Part shown: positions 1 through 7,929 of the stretch, in pieces
Position numbering within the stretch: position 1 is the stretch's first letter
Layout of the letters: every line of letters starts with the position of its first letter
Source: an uncultured virus (IMG/VR IMGVR_UViG_3300042485_000220)
Taxonomy: Duplodnaviria; Heunggongvirae; Uroviricota; Caudoviricetes; Crassvirales
Strand: one strand, 5' to 3'
DNA: 20,000 nucleotides
Virus record (IMG/VR): IMGVR_UViG_3300042485_000220
Notes under the pieces: generated by a model
What the model was told of the DNA's origin: nothing
What the model saw: the letters and a program-made list of their open reading frames with translations, nothing else
Databases searched by the model: none
Translations under genes and position numbers: made by a program

Positions 1-2341
1 CCTCATTACCATCTTTGTCATACTTAACAGTTCTACCTAAGTAGTATTCTGTATCTACTTCAATATCTTCTTCACCATCCTTAGTCTTAACTTTTACAGT
101 TTCTTTCTTTGGAGCATCTTTATCCATAGTTTCTGCAGTGTCATACTTACTAGGATTGTTCTTTATATCATTATATTCAAACAAGAAGTTGTCTCTACGC
201 AAAGCAAGCTCTGCAACATCTTCTAATGTCTGCATTAATTCATCTTCATTAATAGACTTTGATGCCTTAATTTTTTCAACAGCTGCTATGTAAGAATCAC
301 TGTCTCCATTAGTTAAGTCATTAACAACAGTAGTAGTATCAATACCTACAGCATCTAACACTGTCATTAATTGAGGAAGTCTTTCATCATAGTCTGCCAC
401 CTTAGTTGCAGCATATATCATCTGATCCATCACCTTTGGTGAATAGACAGGCTTACCATCAGCATTTACTAACCCACCATAGCGTACATCTAATGATTGA
501 TATAATGATTTAATGTTCTGAGCAGTAACTTCTAAGTTAGCTAATCTTTGTAGATATGCTTCTTTAGTATCTGTATCTAATGCCTTACCTTCTGATTGTA
601 ACTGTGCAAATCCCTCATCAGTCATTGCTAGAGTTTTATACTGAGCAATGTCGCTTTGAACAAGATCAAATCTACCATACTTAATACGAGGAGTTAGATA
701 GTTGATTATGTAATCACGCTCTAAGTCTTTGCTCTCTAGAATATCACCTCTTCTTATTGTTGTTTCTCTTTCCTCTTGTATAATTGTACCTCTATTAACA
801 GATCCTTTAACTTCTTTAGAGAAGTCAGACAAGATAGCATTATTAAATTCTGTAATAGCAGCTTGTGTATTCTTTGACTTTTCTTTTGCTTCACCAAACT
901 TACCAGCACCTAACATTAATGCTCCAGACAATCCACCAATAAGTATGTTCTCCATACCCTCATTAGTAGTTAATGTTTCACTAATTCCTGCAGCAACACC
1001 ATCTAACCAATTAGTTGGTTCGTTGTTATATTTCTTATTGTAATAGTTTTCTGTAGATTTGCCAATTGCGTATTGTGCACCTTCCTCAAATGCTTCTGAA
1101 GCAGAGAAGGTATATGGTCTCACCTTATTTAATGTAGATAAGATTTTTCCAAATCTATTAGGAGCTGCTATATATTTACCAGTAGCGTCTGTTGTAATTT
1201 CACCAATTTCTTTTGTAAGAGAATTAACAATCCCTTTCTCCCCTTTGTATGTAGCTCCTAGTATTTTAGGAAACTGAATATAGTTAGTAGCAGTTAATAA
1301 ACCAACGTTTGCAAAGTAAGAAGAATTACCCACTTCTTCAGAAAGTTGATTAATCTTTAACAGATCTTCTCCCATAGGAGCTTGACCACCATTTGCTTCT
1401 TTATATTCTTCAATCTTTTTATTTCTAAAATCATTAAGCGTATGGTATGCTTCAAAGCCAGCCTCACCCACTGTACCTAAAGCTGCAACAGTAATTCTAC
1501 CTCCTTGACCTAATGAGCTATAAGATGATAAAAACTTATCAGAAAGTCCTTTAAGTTTACCATAAGTAGAAGCTGCTTTATCTGCAGCAAGCAATGCTTC
1601 TTCTGAAGCAGCTAAAGCTTGAGCACCCTTACCCACTGAGAACAGTCTAGCTGTAAGAGGGATTGATTTTAGAGCAGCAGCATATGCTCCTCCTGACAAT
1701 GCAGCACCTGCAGCAAAGCCTAAGTTTTTAACAACTCCATCCCAAATAAAGTTAGCACTAAATAACTTACTTGGAGAATACCAATCTTGTTCTCTTTCTC
1801 CTGCTTTATAATAGTTAGGCATTATGTTTTCAGAAGCCTTTACAACTTCCTCATCTAAAAACCTATTCATGTCATTATCATAAATATCTGCAAATCTTCC
1901 AGAGTTTGCAAAGTTAGCTAGACCATTTACTAGTCCTACAGTAGATTGTAAGAAAGTAGTTCCTGTAAGAACTAAACCTTTACCTACACCATTAACCATT
2001 TTACTAGCCCAACTTTGACTTTGAGCATAAGCATCTTCATTATTATAATCACCAGGCATGAAGCTCTTATATCTATCACTACTTACCTCTGTTAAAGTTC
2101 TATCAATGCCACCTGCCATCTTCTTACCATCATTTCTACCTGCAGTTAATACAGCATTCTCAAGAGCACTTAATGCAGTAGGAGTAGGTTCTCCATCCAT
2201 CATAGGAATACCAGTTCCTTCGTATTGACTTCGCAAGCTTTGATAAGGAACACTTGCAGGTCTTTCAGGAAGTTCAGTAGGTGTATAATCATTCAATGAT
2301 GAATCTAATAATGCCCTGTCTATTAAAGGAGTATCTGCCAT
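1..2341 (-). CDS. N-terminal ~780 aa of a very large putative virion cargo (ejected) protein, truncated by the window edge; in crAss-like phages this position often holds the giant protein(s) associated with the virion RNA polymerase
   Basis: Absent from the ORF track because it has no stop in the window. The ATG at 2341 overlaps the upstream TAA (TAATG) and reads MADTPLIDRALLDSSLNDYTPTELPERP..., apparently open to the edge. It has several Gly/Ala-rich hydrophobic segments (GVGKGLVLTGTTFLQSTVGLVNGL, NLGFAAGAALSGGAYAAAL, NILIGGLSGALMLGAG) and an SEAFEEGAQ motif. No RNA polymerase DxDxD motif is visible in this part. Confidence 0.8.
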   Translation of the reverse strand, partial: MADTPLIDRALLDSSLNDYTPTELPERPASVPYQSLRSQYEGTGIPMMDGEPTPTALSALENAVLTAGRNDGKKMAGGIDRTLTEVSSDRYKSFMPGDYNNEDAYAQSQSWASKMVNGVGKGLVLTGTTFLQSTVGLVNGLANFANSGRFADIYDNDMNRFLDEEVVKASENIMPNYYKAGEREQDWYSPSKLFSANFIWDGVVKNLGFAAGAALSGGAYAAALKSIPLTARLFSVGKGAQALAASEEALLAADKAASTYGKLKGLSDKFLSSYSSLGQGGRITVAALGTVGEAGFEAYHTLNDFRNKKIEEYKEANGGQAPMGEDLLKINQLSEEVGNSSYFANVGLLTATNYIQFPKILGATYKGEKGIVNSLTKEIGEITTDATGKYIAAPNRFGKILSTLNKVRPYTFSASEAFEEGAQYAIGKSTENYYNKKYNNEPTNWLDGVAAGISETLTTNEGMENILIGGLSGALMLGAGKFGEAKEKSKNTQAAITEFNNAILSDFSKEVKGSVNRGTIIQEERETTIRRGDILESKDLERDYIINYLTPRIKYGRFDLVQSDIAQYKTLAMTDEGFAQLQSEGKALDTDTKEAYLQRLANLEVTAQNIKSLYQSLDVRYGGLVNADGKPVYSPKVMDQMIYAATKVADYDERLPQLMTVLDAVGIDTTTVVNDLTNGDSDSYIAAVEKIKASKSINEDELMQTLEDVAELALRRDNFLFEYNDIKNNPSKYDTAETMDKDAPKKETVKVKTKDGEEDIEVDTEYYLGRTVKYDKDGNE

Positions 2342-4941
2342 TATAAAGGTTTTTGAGAAGCTTTTTGTATTTTTTGTAAGTCACCAGCTGTTGCTGGTCT
2401 TTCATTTATCAATCTAAATATCTCACTATCATTCATATTTTTTATAGCCATATTAAGCCCTTCCTTAGTCATACTTCCTACACTTGGATAATACATCTCA
2501 TCAACAGTCCATCCTCTTTTCTTAGGGTCAGGATTATAGGCTTTGATTGCTAATGTATAATTACCTGGACTAAGTTGTATGATATTTGCTTTCACACCAT
2601 AGGTTTTTACATTTTCAAAATCAAGATTACCTAAGAAAGCATTGCTAACAGTTGTCCTGGCACTACCATCTTTGGCAGTGGTCATTCCTCCTGTTTTATT
2701 TATTTGATCTAAATATGGTCTTAGTTGTTGTGATGCTACATCATCAAATTGAGTACCAAAGCCTCCTATTTTTTGTTCTGGAGTTAATCTAAAACTAGTT
2801 GCTTTTCCTCCTGGACCAACAGCTGTAACTTTATAATAAGGTTCTTGGAATTCAGTGCCTTCAGCAACATCTATTGAAAAGTTTGGATTTTCTGATCCTG
2901 CAATTTCTCTAGCAGTCTCAACATTAAAATCAGGAGAGCCTGCAAGTTTACCACCACTCTTCTCAGCAGCAGCAGCAGCAGCAATTAAAAAGCTTTTTAA
3001 ACTTCCTTTTTGAGCAGGAGTTATTGAAGGGATGTTATATCCAGCAGCTTGACTTACAGAAATCCTATTTTTAAAAGTATCTTCCATAGTCTTATCAATC
3101 TTTTGTAAGGTTTCTTTATAAGGCTTATTTACAGTCTTTGCATAATTGTCTAGTTGAGCTAATATAACCTTGTCAGAATCATATCTCTTGGCTGGCATCT
3201 TACTCCAAATCTTATACAAGTTATACATCTTAGGACTTAACTCTTGTCTAGCTTTAGCATCTGCTGAAGCTACAGGAGTTCCTGCCATACCAACAACAGA
3301 TCCTCCACCTGGAGCTGTACCACCACCAGTACCTCTATATTTATATGCTACTGTATTAAAGTCTACAAAGTCTTTAGCTGTATATTGATATACTTCATTA
3401 CCTTTTTTATAAGTAACAGTAGGAGCATTTTTAGGAATAAGCTTATCTATTGTACCATGTTCAGCTTCTGCCTTTCTTCTAACATCTAATATTAATTCTT
3501 GATTAGCTTCAGCTTGTCTTCTTTCTTTTTCTGTAGTATTAAAATAGTTAGCTACAACAGGACTAACCCCTGTAGGTCTTGTTTCCCACGCAGCTCTTTG
3601 TTGTTCAAACCATTCTTTAGTTTTACCTTGAGACTTTAAAAAAGCTTCATCTCTATCTTTAATTTTACCTAACTCTATATCTGTTGTTCTTGTAAGTTCA
3701 CCAACAGTTAATTTAGGAAGAGTATCCTGATCTACAGGAGCTGCAAAAGCACCATATCCTTCTGCTGTTTTCTTTGCTATTTTATTAGCCTCTTCTGCAG
3801 CTTTGACTTCTCTACTTTTCCAATACATATTATCTTTATGTATCATCCAAGCTTGATTTTTTGTTTCCCTTTGCATTTGCATTTGAGCTGCAGGACTATC
3901 TTCTTTTGTGATCTCAACTTCTGTATGAGAGAAAGGTTTAGCAAAGTTGTTAATAGAGTTAAGAGTAAATAAGTTTGCCTTAGCTCTTTCCAAATCTCCT
4001 CTATCAACAAGACCTAATATACTATCTCTTTCTTTATTAAGTTTGTTAATTGTAGAATCAAGACCATTTATCTTATCTTGAATCATTTGTTTCTGAACAT
4101 TTGAATTTGTAGAACTTAAAGAATTTTGAAGAAGTTCTTTTTGTTTAGTGAAGTATTCAGACTTATCTAAGTATTCACTATTAACATTCTCTTTAAATAA
4201 ATTAGGATCAGTAACATTACTATATGTATATACACCATCTATCTCTAACTGTCTCCAGTCAGCAGGTGTTAAACCTACAGATAGTGCTTGTTTGATTTGG
4301 TCAGGAGACACACCTGCAAGTTTTGTTCTTGTAACAGCATCTGCTAAGACCACTTGAGGTTTCCCATCTTTACCAACAACTGTTGTAAAATCTTCTTCTG
4401 TAATAGTTGAATCTCCAGTGAGATCCTTTATAATATCTAATGCATTTTTTCTCCAGTTTGTGTATGGATCATACCCTCCACTAAATGTTTCTTTTACATC
4501 TCCATTCATCCACTTGTTAGTTTTTTGTTGAAACAACCAGTCATTTGATGGAGAAGTCTTGCCATCTTTTAGATATTCTTCTCTTTCCTTAACAGCTTTT
4601 TTATATTGTTGCGTAGATGATACAGCGTTTATGATGTTTTCATCTTTAATAATTTGACCTGTCATACCAGCAACTGAGTTAACTAGTTGTTGATTAGAGA
4701 AGTCTCCTGCTGCCACAGTCTTTAATCTACTACCTAACTCATTGAGTTTAGATTGTAATACCTGTTTGTCTTGGGGTCTGTATAATTCTATACCACCAAC
4801 TCGATCAATTTCATTCTGAATTTTTTGCACACCTTGATCATACTGGGCTTGCTTTTGCATGCCCACTTGCACCATGGCCTCCACAGGGAGCTCTTGGATG
4901 TAAGGGTTGAATTGTAAGGATTTATCAGTAAACGATGCCAT
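2341..4941 (-). CDS. Putative virion cargo/ejection protein (866 aa) with a coiled-coil-rich N-terminal half
   Basis: Long ORF with an N-terminus FNPYIQELPVEAMVQVGMQKQAQYDQG, a type I recall from crAss-like cargo proteins. No Cys seen; helical and charged; lies between other cargo genes. Confidence 0.7.
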   Translation of the reverse strand: MASFTDKSLQFNPYIQELPVEAMVQVGMQKQAQYDQGVQKIQNEIDRVGGIELYRPQDKQVLQSKLNELGSRLKTVAAGDFSNQQLVNSVAGMTGQIIKDENIINAVSSTQQYKKAVKEREEYLKDGKTSPSNDWLFQQKTNKWMNGDVKETFSGGYDPYTNWRKNALDIIKDLTGDSTITEEDFTTVVGKDGKPQVVLADAVTRTKLAGVSPDQIKQALSVGLTPADWRQLEIDGVYTYSNVTDPNLFKENVNSEYLDKSEYFTKQKELLQNSLSSTNSNVQKQMIQDKINGLDSTINKLNKERDSILGLVDRGDLERAKANLFTLNSINNFAKPFSHTEVEITKEDSPAAQMQMQRETKNQAWMIHKDNMYWKSREVKAAEEANKIAKKTAEGYGAFAAPVDQDTLPKLTVGELTRTTDIELGKIKDRDEAFLKSQGKTKEWFEQQRAAWETRPTGVSPVVANYFNTTEKERRQAEANQELILDVRRKAEAEHGTIDKLIPKNAPTVTYKKGNEVYQYTAKDFVDFNTVAYKYRGTGGGTAPGGGSVVGMAGTPVASADAKARQELSPKMYNLYKIWSKMPAKRYDSDKVILAQLDNYAKTVNKPYKETLQKIDKTMEDTFKNRISVSQAAGYNIPSITPAQKGSLKSFLIAAAAAAEKSGGKLAGSPDFNVETAREIAGSENPNFSIDVAEGTEFQEPYYKVTAVGPGGKATSFRLTPEQKIGGFGTQFDDVASQQLRPYLDQINKTGGMTTAKDGSARTTVSNAFLGNLDFENVKTYGVKANIIQLSPGNYTLAIKAYNPDPKKRGWTVDEMYYPSVGSMTKEGLNMAIKNMNDSEIFRLINERPATAGDLQKIQKASQKPL

Positions 4942-4945
4942 AATA

Positions 4946-4976
4946 CAAAATTAATTTAAAATATTAGAATTACCAA
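4946..4976 (-). promoter_or_regulatory. Bacteroidota primary-sigma-type promoter (-33 TTG, 20-nt spacer, -7 TAATTTTG)
   Basis: The minus strand reads CTTG-gtaattctaatattttaaat-TAATTTTG-tatt-ATG in the largest intergenic gap (4942-5017). This matches the consensus (T)TTG-N19..21-TAnnTTTG. Confidence 0.6.
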
Positions 4977-5017
4977 GAGCTATAACAAATTTTAGTAATT
5001 CACTATAACTTAATTAG

Positions 5018-7909
5018 TTAGAGATTTTTTAAAGCTTTTACAAGTGAACCATGTCTAGCTTCTTTGACTTTATATCCTGTAATGTCTCCTTTCTTATTAT
5101 AGATAGGAAGAAGATCATTTCCTTTTGCATCTGTAGATTTTTGAGACCCTCCTGCTCCAGGAATATTAAACTGAGCAGGAGCATTCATATTAATTGCTCT
5201 ACCACTTGGAGTGAATCTAAAGTTGTACATGTTCTCCATAACAGCAAGTTGTCTATTAGCAGCTCTTTGTTGTGCTGTCTTAGCAGCTATAGAACTTAAG
5301 GCATTGAATGCTTGTTCTCTAGTATTAGATCTAGCCTTAGCTTGGTTAACGTATTGATTATCAAGGATTTGTAAATTTTTAAGCTGAGCATCATTTAACA
5401 TTGCTCTATTCTTATCATAGGTCTGCATCTTGTTTGCAGCATTGATTCTTGTTTGTTCTCCTAAGACTTTGTTCTTAGCTTCTAAGCTTTGAGCCATAAT
5501 CATTGCTTGGGCAGCTGGATTTTGACCTGCTGCTCTGATAGCTGCTCTAGATTGAGAATCAATAGCATTAAGCTGATCATTCAAAGAAATGTCCATAGGA
5601 GTATCTAACATTGGCTGGAACGTCTGAGCCTGTACAGGTTCTAACTGATTGGTAGCCAATGCAAAGTATTCTGGATATAACTGATCTGGAGATAACTCTT
5701 CCCTAGCATTGCTAGGTCTTAGGAATGGTGCTAAGTTAGATAAAAGAGTGGGACCATATTTCTCAAGTCCTTTACCTAAAGTACTTCCTAATGACTTTAA
5801 TGCTTGTCCAAATCCTCCACCTTCACCTCCATCTCCACCTACTCCAGCTATTTCAACTACTCCAGGAAGATCTCCAGATTGATCTACTAGATTTCCTGAC
5901 TGATCAAAGTAATTCATATTTTGATCATATCCAGACATTACACCACCAGTATTTTGTGAAGTGTTAATTTCTTCTTCTAAATAATTATTTTTAGGATCAA
6001 AATATTCATACTCTCCATTTTGAGCCTTCTTTAATTTCTTACCATGTTTAGCCATCATACGTTTGTCATATTCTTTTTCAAGCTTACCTTCAGCAAGTTT
6101 GTCACTCTTAACTCCTAATTGACTAGCTGTATCAAGAATGGCATTTTGTACAATACCTGCTTCTTTAATCTTATCAGCATTTATCTTTTGATAAGACTCA
6201 GCTCCTTTTTTCATAAGAGCTCCTGTTAATAAAGTTAAATGACCAGCTGTACTATTGTTATCAGCACTATTAATCATTTCAGTAGCCTTGTCAATTCTTT
6301 TTAATTGCTTTGCATCATTCTTAGCTATGTCAGCTACATAATGTTTAAACTTCTTACCCTTTGCTTTTGAATCTCCCATAAGGTCTGCTATGTTTTTATC
6401 AATCTTCATGTTACCAAATACAACCATATTGCTTTCTTCACCACCATTTTCTAATTTAACAGCTGGTTCACCACCTTCAACCTCTACACCATTCTCACCA
6501 AAGTTAATAGGAATGCCACCATTGTCATGAGATCTTCCTTTAAACATAACTGTCTCACCACCATCTGGTAGGAAAGGATTGTAAGAGATAGTTTCTGCCT
6601 TACCACCTTCTAATATTTCTAAGTCACCACCCATAGCCATCTGTCCACCCTGTTCCATAGTTAAAGGCTTTCGCTCAGGTCTGCCAGTAAACATTGCTTC
6701 TGCACTAGGAGGTGTATAATACTCATCTTTTAAATGACCACCACTTCTTAACATATCTGCATCTGTAGGTGGCTTTAACAAGTCTTTAATATTATACTCA
6801 CCAAACTTAGCAATTGTCTGTGGTTGCCATGTATGACTAACCCACTTATATTCATCACCTACATCCACCTTACCACCTTGTTCCATATATGCACCAAACT
6901 GATTTTGTTGAGCTTGTTGGAACGCAGCTTGTTGAGTGTTCATCTCAGCTTTCTTTTTCTCTGCTTCTAGTTCTCTAGCATTTTTAGCACCACCTAATAG
7001 GTTACCACCCACTGTACCAATAAGTCCACCAATTGCACCACCTAAAGGTCCACCTATAAGACTACCTGCTGCTGTACCTACAGCACTACCAATCTGTGCT
7101 TGACCAGAACTTTGGAAGTAATCTCCAAATGCTGCTTCAGGAAGATTGCCACCTTTTTTAAATTGTTTCAATGTTTCTCCCATTGGTTCAAATCCAAGGT
7201 CAGTGTACATATCACCAGGATTGTACATGTTCTGAATCTCTGTAGGATTGCCACCAATCATTCTACCATTCTTAGATAAAAAGTTTGTACCTGATCCATA
7301 AGGATTACCTAACTGTCCAGGTTGTGCAATATAATCTTCTGGTCTTACATACTTACGTTTAACTTTCTCTCTTGTAGAGCTAGCTTGTAAAGCTAGTTCT
7401 GATAACTCTCTAGCTTGATATGCTTTGTTTATTGCTTTTCTTTGTGAACCAATTGCTTCGATACCTCCTATGATTCCTGGCAATGCACCAATAGCTGCTG
7501 TTGCTGCTCCTGCTGCCATGCCACCACCACCAGCACCCTCAGGAAGACCACCTTCACCAAATGCAGCATCTGTAGCTGCTTTTGTAACTACTTCTTGTCC
7601 AGCAGCATTCTGTGATCCACCAACAAGTCCTGTCCAGTTACTATAAGTAGCAGGTTGTACAGCAGGTTGAGCATTTCCCCAGCCCATAAGATTTAGCACA
7701 TTTCCATTAGCACTACCACCACCCTGAAACTTAGGAGGATTACCAAAGTCTGTAAGTTGGTGTAACTGGTCATATACCATAGCTTTACCCATAGCAGCTT
7801 TTTTAAGTTGCTTACCATGAACTTTCATAAATGCTTCTTCTGTAGGAAACTTCTTGTAGAATTCCTTCTCAGACTTTACTTTAGCAATCTTTAATATTTG
7901 GTCTTTCAT
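5018..7909 (-). CDS. Putative virion cargo protein (963 aa) with glycine-zipper transmembrane segments; positional equivalent of crAss001 cargo protein gp45
   Basis: Two Gly-zipper hydrophobic segments (~7448-7525 and ~6988-7093), a GRSHDNGGI...EVEGGEP motif (~6464-6538), many xxxG(G) motifs and a Gln/Ala-rich helical C-terminus. Confidence 0.7.
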   Translation of the reverse strand: MKDQILKIAKVKSEKEFYKKFPTEEAFMKVHGKQLKKAAMGKAMVYDQLHQLTDFGNPPKFQGGGSANGNVLNLMGWGNAQPAVQPATYSNWTGLVGGSQNAAGQEVVTKAATDAAFGEGGLPEGAGGGGMAAGAATAAIGALPGIIGGIEAIGSQRKAINKAYQARELSELALQASSTREKVKRKYVRPEDYIAQPGQLGNPYGSGTNFLSKNGRMIGGNPTEIQNMYNPGDMYTDLGFEPMGETLKQFKKGGNLPEAAFGDYFQSSGQAQIGSAVGTAAGSLIGGPLGGAIGGLIGTVGGNLLGGAKNARELEAEKKKAEMNTQQAAFQQAQQNQFGAYMEQGGKVDVGDEYKWVSHTWQPQTIAKFGEYNIKDLLKPPTDADMLRSGGHLKDEYYTPPSAEAMFTGRPERKPLTMEQGGQMAMGGDLEILEGGKAETISYNPFLPDGGETVMFKGRSHDNGGIPINFGENGVEVEGGEPAVKLENGGEESNMVVFGNMKIDKNIADLMGDSKAKGKKFKHYVADIAKNDAKQLKRIDKATEMINSADNNSTAGHLTLLTGALMKKGAESYQKINADKIKEAGIVQNAILDTASQLGVKSDKLAEGKLEKEYDKRMMAKHGKKLKKAQNGEYEYFDPKNNYLEEEINTSQNTGGVMSGYDQNMNYFDQSGNLVDQSGDLPGVVEIAGVGGDGGEGGGFGQALKSLGSTLGKGLEKYGPTLLSNLAPFLRPSNAREELSPDQLYPEYFALATNQLEPVQAQTFQPMLDTPMDISLNDQLNAIDSQSRAAIRAAGQNPAAQAMIMAQSLEAKNKVLGEQTRINAANKMQTYDKNRAMLNDAQLKNLQILDNQYVNQAKARSNTREQAFNALSSIAAKTAQQRAANRQLAVMENMYNFRFTPSGRAINMNAPAQFNIPGAGGSQKSTDAKGNDLLPIYNKKGDITGYKVKEARHGSLVKALKNL

Positions 7910-7929
7910 ATTATACTCTATTGTATGAT

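Noticed and set aside
1..2341. Calling this gene the virion RNA polymerase
   Set aside because: The position is suggestive, but no catalytic DxDxD motif is visible in the part inside the window.
5006..5020. Short inverted repeat (TAACT...AGTTA) as a terminator
   Set aside because: The stem is only 5 bp and AT-rich with no U-tract, too weak to support.
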